Assembly (NCBI GenBank): GCA_023898665.1
Contig: CP060233.1
Span: 146,801-210,800 of the forward strand
DNA: 64,000 nucleotides
From: Candidatus Nomurabacteria bacterium
GTDB lineage: Bacteria > Patescibacteriota > Saccharimonadia > Saccharimonadales > HK-STAS-PATE-42
Direction of reading: 5' to 3'
In this document: piece by piece, positions 26,538 through 35,903 of the stretch
Position numbering within the stretch: position 1 is the stretch's first letter
Layout of the letters: each line of letters begins with the position of its first letter
The notes under the pieces: generated by a model
What the model saw: the letters and a program-made list of their open reading frames with translations, nothing else
Told to the model about the DNA's origin: nothing
Databases searched by the model: none
Position numbers and translations under genes: made by a program

Positions 26538-28658
26538 TTAGCCGATTAGTTTGAGGGAGATTTTGTGGGATTTTTGATCGATATCGATGATTTTGACGGT
26601 TACTTCTTGGTCTTCTTTTACTACGTCTTCGACTTTTTCTACTCTGCTTCCATCTAAGCTTAAGTTTGAGATGTGCACTAAGCCGTCGATTCCGGGTAAG
26701 ATGTTGACGAAGGCGCCGAACTCCATAATTTTAACTACTTTACCATTGTAGGTTTTGCCGATTTCAGGCTCTTCGGTTAGTTGTTCGATTCTTTTTTTGG
26801 CTAACTCTATATTCTCTAGGTTTGGTGATGCTATTGTCACTATTCCCTCGTCGTTGATGTCGATCTCTGTTTCAGTCTCTTTGGTGAGGGCTTGGATGTT
26901 TTCTCCGCCTTTACCAATCACAGCCCCAATTTTTTCTGGGTTGATTTGGATTGAGACTACTCTCGGGGCGTATGGGCTGAGGTCTTTTTTTGGTGTAGGT
27001 ATAACTTCGAGCATTTTTTGTAAGATGTGTAGTCTTCCTGCTTTTGCTTGCTGTAGAGCTTCACTCAAGATTTGTGGTGTTAAACCTTTAAGCTTAATAT
27101 CCATTTGTAAAGCCGTGATGCCTTTTGGGGTTCCGGCGACTTTGAAATCCATATCTCCAGAAAAATCTTCAGGACCCATGATATCGCTTAAAATTACGTA
27201 TTTACCGGTGGGCTCATCCATCATTAAGCCCATGGCAATTCCGCTGACAGGAGCCTTTATTGGGACTCCGGCATCCATTAAGCTTAAGCAAGTAGAGCAG
27301 GTTGCGGCCATTGAGGTTGAGCCATTTGATGAGGTAATTTCTGTTACGACTCTGATAGCGTATGGGAACTCTTGCTCTGTTGGGAGTACGGCCTCATTAG
27401 CTCTTTGAGCGAGGTGACCGTGACCAGTTTCTCTTCTGTTAGTCCCGCCCATTCTTTTTATCTCTCCCGATGCGTAGCCCGGCATGTTGTAGTGATGGAA
27501 GAAGCGATCTTCGCGCTCTCCGGTCATGCCATCGATGGTTTGTGAATAACTAAGTGGGGCTAGAGTTGTTATGTTTAGCGCTTGGGTCTCACCTCTTGTA
27601 AAGACGGCTGAGCCGTGTGTTCTTGGTAAAATCCCTACTTCTGCGGTAATTGGTCGGATCTCGGTAGAGGTTCTACCGTCGGGGCGAGCTCCGTTGTCTA
27701 AAATGCTTTTTCGGATATCTTTTTTGATCGCTGAGTCATAAGCATCCCAATAATTTGTTCGGTCTGGATGTTCAATTTCTTGTTCATCCATCCAAGCTAT
27801 AAAATTTTTGCGCAAGTCTGCAGTAGCTGCGATACGATCTTCGTTGTTTTTAGAAATTACGTTTTGGCCAAGTTTATCGCTTAAGTAATCATTAACTTGC
27901 TGGGTAACTTCTTCTGGGGGTAAGACTAGCTGATATTCCATTGGTTGAATATTAAGCTTAGCGGCGAGATCTTTTTGGATCTGAATAGCTGGTTGTATTG
28001 CTTCTTGTGCTGCAATCAGAGCCTCGGTCATGTGCTCTTCTGAGACTTCTTTAGCTCCGGCTTCGACCATCATGATGGCATTTTCTGTTCCGGCTACGAA
28101 TAAATCTAAAAATGATTCTTTTGATTGGGATTTGGTTGGATATTGGATGAAGTTGCCGTTTTGGTCGAGGCCGTATCTAACTCCTGCAACTGGACCTTCG
28201 AATGGGGCTCCGGTTAGCATTAATGCAGCTGAAGCAGCGATTAAAGCTGGAGTCTCAGCTCCGAGTTCTGGATCTAGGCTTAAGACGGTTACGACAACTT
28301 GTGTTTCGTTCCTAAAGCCTTTAGGGAATAATGGTCTGATTGGTCTATCTATTAGTCTTCCGGTTAAGATTGCTTCGTCAGTCGGTCTTCCTTCTCTTTT
28401 TAGGTATTTTGAGCCAGAGATTTTTCCGGCGGCGTACATGCGCTCTTCGTAATCTACTGAGAGCGGGAAATAATCGAAGCCTTCGGCAACTTCATCTTTA
28501 ACGTTAGCTATTCCTAAAACGACGGTGTCTCCATAAGTTACGGTTACTGCGCCTTTAGATTGGAATGCTAAGCGGTTTATTTCTAGGCTTAGTTTTCGGC
28601 CACAAAACTCTGTTTCTAGTTTTATAATTTCTTTGTTGTATGGATTTAATGTGCTGAT
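26538..28658 (-). CDS. pnp: polyribonucleotide nucleotidyltransferase (PNPase); 5' end uncertain, no canonical start codon
   Basis: RNase PH domains, KH domain and S1 domain (GKVVKIMEFGAFVNI). The reading frame stays open and PNPase-like for 73 or more codons upstream of the track's ATG at 28439 (…KLETEFCGRKLSLEINRLAFQSKGAVTVTYGDTVVL…FPLSVDYEERMYAAGKI). Confidence 0.9.
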   Translation of the reverse strand: MSTLNPYNKEIIKLETEFCGRKLSLEINRLAFQSKGAVTVTYGDTVVLGIANVKDEVAEGFDYFPLSVDYEERMYAAGKISGSKYLKREGRPTDEAILTGRLIDRPIRPLFPKGFRNETQVVVTVLSLDPELGAETPALIAASAALMLTGAPFEGPVAGVRYGLDQNGNFIQYPTKSQSKESFLDLFVAGTENAIMMVEAGAKEVSEEHMTEALIAAQEAIQPAIQIQKDLAAKLNIQPMEYQLVLPPEEVTQQVNDYLSDKLGQNVISKNNEDRIAATADLRKNFIAWMDEQEIEHPDRTNYWDAYDSAIKKDIRKSILDNGARPDGRTSTEIRPITAEVGILPRTHGSAVFTRGETQALNITTLAPLSYSQTIDGMTGEREDRFFHHYNMPGYASGEIKRMGGTNRRETGHGHLAQRANEAVLPTEQEFPYAIRVVTEITSSNGSTSMAATCSTCLSLMDAGVPIKAPVSGIAMGLMMDEPTGKYVILSDIMGPEDFSGDMDFKVAGTPKGITALQMDIKLKGLTPQILSEALQQAKAGRLHILQKMLEVIPTPKKDLSPYAPRVVSIQINPEKIGAVIGKGGENIQALTKETETEIDINDEGIVTIASPNLENIELAKKRIEQLTEEPEIGKTYNGKVVKIMEFGAFVNILPGIDGLVHISNLSLDGSRVEKVEDVVKEDQEVTVKIIDIDQKSHKISLKLIG

Positions 28659-28762
28659 TTTCTTATTTATTTAATGATTTAATTTGAGTGAGTTAATCGA
28701 GGAATTGAGATAGATAAACTTTTTTTTATCTAGCCGGATTCACCCGATTTAGCACTTTTTTA

Positions 28763-28771
28763 ATTATAGCA
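28763..28771 (-). promoter_or_regulatory. extended -10 promoter element for pnp
   Basis: Minus strand TGCTATAAT, about 100 nt upstream of the pnp coding start. Confidence 0.45.
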
Positions 28772-28791
28772 GAATAGGGGCCACATATTGA

Positions 28792-28814
28792 TATACCATA
28801 CTTTATATGGTATA
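28792..28814. promoter_or_regulatory. perfect inverted repeat (operator-like) in the divergent pnp / 28828 promoter region
   Basis: TATACCATA-cttta-TATGGTATA. It lies between the TTGATA (28788-28793) and TATAGT (28811-28816) elements of the plus-strand promoter. Confidence 0.5.
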
Positions 28815-28827
28815 GTATCCTCCGTAT

Positions 28828-29553
28828 ATGATGGATCAATTAGTCGAGACCAGGTATGGTATCGAGGATGTTTTTGACGAGGAGTTCAGAAAAGGCTCTT
28901 ATGAAGCTAGCTTGCCATATGGTGATGTCTTTAGCGGCAGAGCACTTTGTCTTGCTTATAGTAGAGCGGAATCTGGCCTGATTGATATTTTAGGTCCTTG
29001 TGCAGGTTGGTTAACTTATATTAATAATGAGGGTGATATGTATGCGGCAATTCCAGATTTGGAAAGACTTCTAAACGCCTGCAGAGAGTCTGCAACCCCA
29101 GTAATGCTAGTTAATGAAGCGAAGTTTGTTCAAATGGGAAGAGTCCTTGATCCAGAAATCCCCGCTAACACTTATGGGCGGGTTATTGTGGAAGACGAGG
29201 CCCACCCAGTATCGGTTGTCGCAGATTTCAGTATACATTGGCACGATATAGGCATAGACCATTTTCCTGCTCCAGCAGTTGTGGGTAAGGGTTTATTCGA
29301 ACTACTAATCCCTGGTTCGGGAAAAAGAGACTTTGTGGGTATTGCCAAAGCATATGATGAGTCTACCCAAGAGATCAGGGCTTCAATATCGGATTACCTA
29401 GGAAGAAACTATAAAAAAGACACAATATTAACGACTCATAGGCGTGCAGATATTGAAAAAATATTAGGTCTTTCACCTAAGTTCGCAAAGTCTAGATTGG
29501 ATAAATTAGAGGAGTTGATAAGGCTGGGGTTGGAAAGACTAGAGCTAGTATAG
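28828..29553 (+). CDS. hypothetical protein (orphan) lying between pnp and rpsO on the opposite strand
   Basis: 241-aa ORF. The promoter TTGATA-N17-TATAGT ends 11 nt before the ATG. The C-terminal ~45 aa are helical and could be HTH-like, but this is unverified. Confidence 0.5.
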   Translation: MMDQLVETRYGIEDVFDEEFRKGSYEASLPYGDVFSGRALCLAYSRAESGLIDILGPCAGWLTYINNEGDMYAAIPDLERLLNACRESATPVMLVNEAKFVQMGRVLDPEIPANTYGRVIVEDEAHPVSVVADFSIHWHDIGIDHFPAPAVVGKGLFELLIPGSGKRDFVGIAKAYDESTQEIRASISDYLGRNYKKDTILTTHRRADIEKILGLSPKFAKSRLDKLEELIRLGLERLELV

Positions 29554-29820
29554 CTACTTTCTTAGGCCGAGGTCTTTAATAAGGCCAGCGTAGGATTCGA
29601 AGTCGGTCTTTTTGAGGTGAGCCAGGAATCTTTTTCTCTGCCCTACCATTTGGAGTAGTCCACGACGGGCGTGATTGTCTTTTTTGTTTGCATCTAGATG
29701 GGCGGTTACTTCTTTAATTCTTTCGGTAAGAACTGCCACCTGAGTTTGGATGGAGCCAACGTCGTTTTTAGAAACAGCGTGTTTTTTGATTATGTCTTGT
29801 TTTTTCTTCTGCTCGATCAT
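29554..29820 (-). CDS. rpsO: 30S ribosomal protein S15
   Basis: GSIQTQVAVLTERIKEVTAHLDANKKDNHARRGLLQMVGQRKRFLAHL is the S15 signature. Confidence 0.95.
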   Translation of the reverse strand: MIEQKKKQDIIKKHAVSKNDVGSIQTQVAVLTERIKEVTAHLDANKKDNHARRGLLQMVGQRKRFLAHLKKTDFESYAGLIKDLGLRK

Positions 29821-29882
29821 TTGTTTACTCTTATTATCTTTAATAGTATAACAGATTGTTTACAGTGGAGCAACAGCTTAGC

Positions 29883-30878
29883 CTAACGCAAAGCAATAAG
29901 TAGAGCTAAGAAGGTTGTAATGCCAACGGCAATGACAGCTTGTTTGTTAAGTTCTTGTTTCTCTCTTTCGATTTGGACTTTCGGCACATCTTGTTCTGAT
30001 TGTTTATCCTCAATAAAGGCATGAGATTTGGCGGCAAAATATCCAAAACCAGAGACAACAAATGTCATTAAAGGAAGATATAGAAGTTGGTTAAAAAACA
30101 AGAAGTTCTGAGCCCAAATGAGCTGTAAGAACATAATTGATGATCCGAATAATGCCCAGAGGCTGGCTAGTTGTGGGATAGCAGATTCTTCGTATGCAAA
30201 TAGGCAGTGTTGAGCAGTGCTATAACAGACGATCCAGATGGTCATTAGCGCTAAGGGTAGTGGTGTATTTGGTCCAGAAAAGCCAGAAGCCCAAGCTATG
30301 GCGGTTAATGCTAGGCCTTGGGCTAAAAGAGCTTGTAGCCGCATCCCTTTTGGGCTGGTCTGTTTCCTGAGGTGAACATTCCAGTATAAGTATAGTCCTA
30401 CAAGAGATATCTGAAGAAGAGTTAAGATCAAAGTGCTTTTTGTAACTAGTGCGTCAATTTTGAATTGAGCCATGACAAGGAGAGTCAAAATGCTAAGTTT
30501 AAATATAAGATCTACTGCGCTAAATTTTAAGTTAGCCCACCAAAACCTTGGCTTAACTATAAATATCTGCCATTTACTCAAGATGATTAAGCTTAATGCT
30601 ACCCATGGTAGATAAAAAACAGCGACGAGGCTGTAAACGGCTAAAGGTAAAGCTATGCTTAAAATGTGATGAGTAAAGCGTCCGCTAATCTCCCTATGGG
30701 AATAGCGAGGGGATGGAATTTTAATCCGTTTTTTAGTTGTTATTTCTGTATTTTCGAACCCTTGTCCTGCTACTACTATATTATTCTGAGAAGAGACGAC
30801 CTTATCTCCATCATTATCTTTTGATCTTTTTATTCTTCCTTTAAGATTTGGCTTGGAAATTTTAGGGATTTTTTTCAT
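29883..30878 (-). CDS. hypothetical polytopic membrane protein
   Basis: 331-aa ORF with 8 or more hydrophobic helices, directly downstream of the LCP gene. Confidence 0.55.
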   Translation of the reverse strand: MKKIPKISKPNLKGRIKRSKDNDGDKVVSSQNNIVVAGQGFENTEITTKKRIKIPSPRYSHREISGRFTHHILSIALPLAVYSLVAVFYLPWVALSLIILSKWQIFIVKPRFWWANLKFSAVDLIFKLSILTLLVMAQFKIDALVTKSTLILTLLQISLVGLYLYWNVHLRKQTSPKGMRLQALLAQGLALTAIAWASGFSGPNTPLPLALMTIWIVCYSTAQHCLFAYEESAIPQLASLWALFGSSIMFLQLIWAQNFLFFNQLLYLPLMTFVVSGFGYFAAKSHAFIEDKQSEQDVPKVQIEREKQELNKQAVIAVGITTFLALLIALR

Positions 30879-30888
30879 GGCTTTTTCT

Positions 30889-32547
30889 TTATGTGTTCTT
30901 GCCGACTAGTATAACAAAATCTGCATTTGGGTAGAGCTTTGAGTAAGTTGTTTTTTTTGTATCATATTCAAGTGCTGATAATAGCGACATTAGGTTGCTT
31001 TTAGAGTTTTGCTTTTGTGTATTTAGAACTACTAACCTTGTTCCAGAGACTTTTTCGGAGGCATTACTAACTTCAAGAGTCTTAACTTCTGTGGGTAGTT
31101 TATTAGCAACAGTTTGTGCAGAGCCGCTGGTGCCCCCTGCATTTAAAACGACTACGCTTGACTGCTCTATTCCGGCAGATGTGTGGGCGTCAGAATTTGT
31201 ACTTGAGGACGGAGCAGTTAACGGTCCGACTTTTTCTTTTACAAAGTCTTGGATGCCGCTGTAATTACCAATACCGTTTATTGGTATTAATGCAGCTCCG
31301 GTACCTGCTGATGAATAATTTTTTAAGACATTCTCTGATGTTAGCCCAGCTGACTCAATTTGGACCGCTGGATCTCCTGCTAGATCGTATATTCTTCTGG
31401 CTTCTCCTGTAGAAAAATCAGTTTTTATATTATTGCCGATGGCATCTGTGAGTTGATTAAGCTTAAGTGGGTTGGCGAATATTCCGACTCCTAGGGCTTT
31501 TTCTTTAAGAGCAATAAGCATTTTTCTCTGATTCTCTGCTCTATCGTAATCGCTACTTGCTAAACCGTAACCGCCATTGGCATTTCTGGCCCGCGCTAGT
31601 AAGAGTGCTTGGGTGCCGTTTAGGGTTTGTACTCCGTTTTTAAGCTTAAGCGCGTTTTTCCCGTATTGTCCGTCGAAGTTTGGATCGTAAATTCCTCTCG
31701 AGTCAGATCCTTGGATGTCCACCTGGATTCCTCCTACTGCATCAACTGACTCTTTAAAGGCATTGTAGTTAATTTTGGCGTAATAGTTGATGTCGAGGCC
31801 TGTGATCTTTTGAATCTCTTTTTGTAGCAAACCTATTCCTCCTGGGTAGTAACCTTCTTCGTCAAACTCTGCATCTTCTCCATAATGATATAAAGCGTTT
31901 ATTTTTGTGGAGGCATAAGGTGTTTTTACCCATAAATCTCTAGGGATAGAGATTATAGCTGTTTTTTTTGTTGCTACCGTGTAGCTGATGACCATAATTG
32001 AGTCAGTTAAGTCTTCACCAGGGTGACCGGGATCTCCTTCTGAGGTTCCTACTAATAACACGTTCACTCTTCCCTTGTCTTCTCCTCTGAGTTTGGTGCT
32101 CTTTAAGAATCCAAGGGGGTTGCCGTCAAAGACTTTACCAGAGAGATTCATTAAGTTGTAAAGATAGTACCCACCGACTAGTAACAATGGGATAAGTGCA
32201 AACTTAATAACTCTTTTAATTTTTTGTTTTTTTGTTCTGGGACCGCCAGTTCTTTTGTTTCTTTTCCTATTTTTATCTGATAGATCTGGAGAGTTATCGT
32301 TAAGAGATGAGCTAGATCTTGCGCCAGAAAGAACTGAATTCTTTAATGTACTATCTTGCCAGCTAGTGTCAGATGCTCCTCTAGAATTTTTGGCTGCATG
32401 CTTTTCTTTACGGGTAGTGGGTGAATTTTGACTTGATTTAAAGTCATTTAGTTCTGAGGGTGCTCCTGTAAGTGGCGCCTGATAGCTATTTGAGCTGTCC
32501 TTAGATCTCCTCGGGACAAAGCCATCTAGAATATTTTTGTTACTCAT
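30889..32547 (-). CDS. LytR-CpsA-Psr (LCP) family cell-envelope glycopolymer transferase
   Basis: VNVLLVGTSEGD...DSIMVISY...SIPRDLWV blocks, a single TM helix and a long basic N-terminus. Confidence 0.8.
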   Translation of the reverse strand: MSNKNILDGFVPRRSKDSSNSYQAPLTGAPSELNDFKSSQNSPTTRKEKHAAKNSRGASDTSWQDSTLKNSVLSGARSSSSLNDNSPDLSDKNRKRNKRTGGPRTKKQKIKRVIKFALIPLLLVGGYYLYNLMNLSGKVFDGNPLGFLKSTKLRGEDKGRVNVLLVGTSEGDPGHPGEDLTDSIMVISYTVATKKTAIISIPRDLWVKTPYASTKINALYHYGEDAEFDEEGYYPGGIGLLQKEIQKITGLDINYYAKINYNAFKESVDAVGGIQVDIQGSDSRGIYDPNFDGQYGKNALKLKNGVQTLNGTQALLLARARNANGGYGLASSDYDRAENQRKMLIALKEKALGVGIFANPLKLNQLTDAIGNNIKTDFSTGEARRIYDLAGDPAVQIESAGLTSENVLKNYSSAGTGAALIPINGIGNYSGIQDFVKEKVGPLTAPSSSTNSDAHTSAGIEQSSVVVLNAGGTSGSAQTVANKLPTEVKTLEVSNASEKVSGTRLVVLNTQKQNSKSNLMSLLSALEYDTKKTTYSKLYPNADFVILVGKNT

Positions 32548-32794
32548 TTTGTATTTCTAAAGCTTGTCGCCCACCTTTTTAACTCGCTTTATTGTTGTAA
32601 TGAATTATCTTTTAAATACTTTTTATAGATATAATATGTATTTTTGAACTTAATCTATAGTAATCTTCGGTAATACTAAAGTAAACTCTATATTAAGATA
32701 CATTAAATTTAGAGTGACTTTAATCTTTAAATAGTACTCACCAGTATACTAGTTTTATGTAGTTAAATGCAAAGCAAATTTTAAATATTTCTTT

Positions 32795-33445
32795 ATGAGT
32801 GAACCAGGTTTAATAAACAAAAATGAGGGATTTTCACCAGATAGCTTGGAGCATCAAGCAAGTTCTAATAATTCCAACAAAAAGCGAGGTGAGGGTTTTG
32901 AGCAGTTTAAATCTCTACTAACTATTTTAGCTACTTCACTCGCTCTATCGTTCGTGATGTTAACGTTTGTTTTTAGGACCTATAACGTAAATGGGAGTAG
33001 TATGAGGCCAACTCTTACGAATGGTGACAGAGTAGTGGTTAATAAGCTTACCAAAACAAAACAAAGGGATAATTTTGTGCCACAAAGAGGTCAAATTATT
33101 GTTTTTAACAGTAAGCTAGAGGGTAAGTCTTTGATTAAGCGTGTCATAGGTCTGCCTGGTGAGAAAATTAGTATGAATAAAGGTAAGTTCACTGTGAAGA
33201 ATGAGCAGTATCCTAGTGGTTTTAACCCTGATGCAAGCTATGAGGACATTCTGCCAAAAAGTGACGAAACTACTTTTGATGAAGAGATTATACCTGAGGG
33301 ACACGTGTTTGTAAGTGGTGACAATAGGGCTCCTGGACAAAGTTTGGATAGTCGTAATCAGCTTGGTTTTGTACCTATTTCGGAGATTGTTGGCAATGCC
33401 TCTCTTCGGTATTTTCCGCTAGACAAGAGTGGCAGACTACGGTAG
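32795..33445 (+). CDS. lepB: signal peptidase I
   Basis: GSSMRPTL (catalytic Ser), LIKRVIGLPGE (catalytic Lys box) and GDNRAPGQSLDSR. Confidence 0.9.
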   Translation: MSEPGLINKNEGFSPDSLEHQASSNNSNKKRGEGFEQFKSLLTILATSLALSFVMLTFVFRTYNVNGSSMRPTLTNGDRVVVNKLTKTKQRDNFVPQRGQIIVFNSKLEGKSLIKRVIGLPGEKISMNKGKFTVKNEQYPSGFNPDASYEDILPKSDETTFDEEIIPEGHVFVSGDNRAPGQSLDSRNQLGFVPISEIVGNASLRYFPLDKSGRLR

Positions 33446-34144
33446 TTTATAAGGGCCGATTTTGGTGCGACGGAGAGCAATCATATGAGCACCGACTTCT
33501 AGGTTTTTACCAAGGTCGTCTATTAGGCTTCTGATATATGTCCCGCTTGAGACATGGACCGTAAAAGTCACGATAGGATAATTATATTGGTTAAGCCTAA
33601 TAGTATTAATTTTTATTTTTCTAGGATCTATTTTAACTTCTTTACCTTCTCTGGCTAGCTTGTAGGCTCTTTGACCGTTTATTTTAATTGCGCTATAAAT
33701 GGGAGGAATTTGTTCGATCTCTCCAATAAATTTATTAAGTTGAGTTTTTATTTCTGATAGGCTGGGTTTTCTAGTTGAAACAGGGTTTAACTCTCCCTCT
33801 GAGTCATAAGTGCTAGAAGATGCGCCAAGCTGGGCTTCGGCTATATAGACTTTATCTAATTTAGTTAACTCCCCTGCTTTTTTGGTCATTCTTCCGCTAA
33901 CTAGAATTAATAATCCTGTAGCTAACGGATCTAAGGTTCCGCAGTGACCTACTTTTATCTTTTTTCCATGAACTTCTTTAAGCCTAGCTCTTAATTTGTA
34001 TACTGCTCCAAATGAGCTCATTCCAGCCGGCTTATCAAAAAGGTATACTCCATCTACTAGTAGCTCATCTGCAGAATTTAAATTAGGGCTAAATAGAACT
34101 GGTCGAGGGAGCTTAGAGCTTGTATTAGAAGAGTTACTTGGCAT
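33437..34144 (-). CDS. truB: tRNA pseudouridine(55) synthase
   Basis: GHCGTLDPLATGLLIL catalytic Asp motif. Confidence 0.9.
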   Translation of the reverse strand: MPSNSSNTSSKLPRPVLFSPNLNSADELLVDGVYLFDKPAGMSSFGAVYKLRARLKEVHGKKIKVGHCGTLDPLATGLLILVSGRMTKKAGELTKLDKVYIAEAQLGASSSTYDSEGELNPVSTRKPSLSEIKTQLNKFIGEIEQIPPIYSAIKINGQRAYKLAREGKEVKIDPRKIKINTIRLNQYNYPIVTFTVHVSSGTYIRSLIDDLGKNLEVGAHMIALRRTKIGPYKLP

Positions 34145-35903
34145 TTTCAGTTGGTTTGGTAGGATCGAAGTTCAAAGTGTTGCCAAATGGTTCGTTATCA
34201 ATTGATGAGGTTTTTGGAGTGTTAAGTAACGGATTTGGTGGGGGAGGTGGTGGTGTTATCTCTGGTGGCATTTCTAGCCCAGGGATCTCTGGTAGATTAC
34301 CAGTAGAGTTGGCAGTTTGATCAGGTTTAGTCGATGATACTTCTTGTGTCGGACTTTCACCAAGGATTGAATTTACATCTACTTTCTCGTCTTTTGTGGC
34401 TTCAATTGGCCTTAGTTGTGAAGCTGATTGTGCGCTTTGTACAGATGTATCAACAAAGAGGTTTGAAGAATCAGTTATTTGTGGATCTTTGAGTGCTTGA
34501 TCTTGCGCTGGCTCGTCAGTTATAGCTATGTTTGTGGCAACATCTTGACGTGGATTATTAGCCGGATCAAATGGTTCGGCACCATAAATTTTGTCTATTT
34601 CTGAGCGAATCTGATCTGCTCCAGAATTATTTATACTTTTATCTTTAGTATTATCTTGGGCTGCTAGAGGCGCTTGAGCTTCGGGTACTGAATGTTTACT
34701 ACTTTGGGGTGGAGTATTTATTTGTGAGCTTGGTGGAAGAGGTTGGGCTGGTGTTGGTTCTACTTGTGGTGTTGAAGTAGAAGATGGTTGTGGTGGAAGT
34801 AAATCTGCTGGGACTACAGTTTGGCTAGCATCAGCTGGTTTTGGTAGAAGGTCAGCAACAGCAGGGCTTGGAGAAGGCACAGCTAAAGGTGGTTGAGAAT
34901 CTTGTGTATTAGGGCTTTCAACAGGTGCAGAAGAAACCATAGGGGAGGTATTGGTCGCTGGAGGATTTGTTGTAGATCCACTAGTAGGTTCTAGTGGGCT
35001 AGAGGCTAGTGGAGTTGGTGTTGAAGTTGAGGTTGAAATAGGATTGCTCGAGTGAAGATCTAAGATTAATTCTTGATTTTGTTGATCTGTCTCTGTTTGA
35101 GTTTGAGGAACTGGTGCTGCTTGGTTAGGGGTAACAGTATGTGTGGAGGCAGCAATACTCGAGGTCACTAAAAGGTGGTTTGCTCCTGCATTCATAAGCT
35201 GAGCTGAAATTTCCATAACTCTAGGGCTTGTTTTGCTGTTAGAGAATCTATCTGTGTCAGCGACTATACCGGTAAGAAGGGCTGTTGCTACTTCTGGTGA
35301 AAGTAGATTAGGCACATTTAAGTTCTGTATTAATTGTACTGCCATGGCACTAGAAGATGTGACGGTTGGGTCTGACCAGTTGATTGAGCCCAACTGACTT
35401 GGAGTTTGTCCTGGCATGACTGTTGCTACGGTTGCTTCGTGAAGGATTCTACCGTGAGCTGCGATCACGGCATCGAGTTCTTCTTTGACGTTAATACCCA
35501 CTGCTATGACCATTTCTACATTGAAATCCCCTTCGCTGTATTCTAAGTCCGTAGGGGTGATTGTAGATTTATATGGGGTGATATAGATTTTGACGATTTC
35601 GCCGTCTTTTGCAAACCGAAGTTTATCCGCTTTTTCTTTATTAAGAGAGATTATGAAGTCACGTAGACTATGGACATTATTCTCGAAAGTCTTTTGGGGC
35701 TTTAAAAAGCTCATAGCATTTGGAATCTGTCCACTAAAGACTGCTGTGGCGTGCTTACCGTAATTATTAAGTGCCATTGTTAAGCCTAGTGCTGCAGAAA
35801 GTTCATCTACTGTTGGGTTAGACTTAACAGTCACAAGGATATTATTGACTTGATTTAAGCGGTTGATAATATCTTGTTTGTGATCTTGAAGTCCGGGTTG
35901 CAT
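34134..35903 (-). CDS. DHH/DHHA1-like (NrnA-like) protein with degenerate catalytic motifs and a ~330-aa Pro/Ser/Thr-rich tail
   Basis: NPTVDELSAALGL and GIVADTDRF resemble NrnA motifs I and IV. The DHH triad position reads AAHGRIL. The C-terminal half is low complexity and ends in PPPPPPNP. Confidence 0.6.
   Translation of the reverse strand: MQPGLQDHKQDIINRLNQVNNILVTVKSNPTVDELSAALGLTMALNNYGKHATAVFSGQIPNAMSFLKPQKTFENNVHSLRDFIISLNKEKADKLRFAKDGEIVKIYITPYKSTITPTDLEYSEGDFNVEMVIAVGINVKEELDAVIAAHGRILHEATVATVMPGQTPSQLGSINWSDPTVTSSSAMAVQLIQNLNVPNLLSPEVATALLTGIVADTDRFSNSKTSPRVMEISAQLMNAGANHLLVTSSIAASTHTVTPNQAAPVPQTQTETDQQNQELILDLHSSNPISTSTSTPTPLASSPLEPTSGSTTNPPATNTSPMVSSAPVESPNTQDSQPPLAVPSPSPAVADLLPKPADASQTVVPADLLPPQPSSTSTPQVEPTPAQPLPPSSQINTPPQSSKHSVPEAQAPLAAQDNTKDKSINNSGADQIRSEIDKIYGAEPFDPANNPRQDVATNIAITDEPAQDQALKDPQITDSSNLFVDTSVQSAQSASQLRPIEATKDEKVDVNSILGESPTQEVSSTKPDQTANSTGNLPEIPGLEMPPEITPPPPPPNPLLNTPKTSSIDNEPFGNTLNFDPTKPTENAK

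Noticed and set aside
26755-28452. Long plus-strand ORFs (26755-27408 and 28030-28452) antisense to pnp. Similar shadow ORFs are 6229-6591, 17138-17473, 22643-23353, 37809-38090, 38283-38546, 38751-39008, 40162-40491 and 51132-51503.
   Set aside because: They overlap strongly conserved genes on the other strand, have low-complexity Ser/Leu/Pro-rich translations and lack start-site signals. They are typical shadow ORFs.
34200-35100. Repetitive-looking DNA (and a similar stretch at 38690-38900), considered as a possible tandem repeat or CRISPR-like array.
   Set aside because: Both stretches are in-frame low-complexity coding sequence: a Pro/Ser/Thr tail and a Ser/Thr/Gly linker. There are no regularly spaced identical repeats and no spacers. 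I saw no CRISPR-like structure anywhere in the window.
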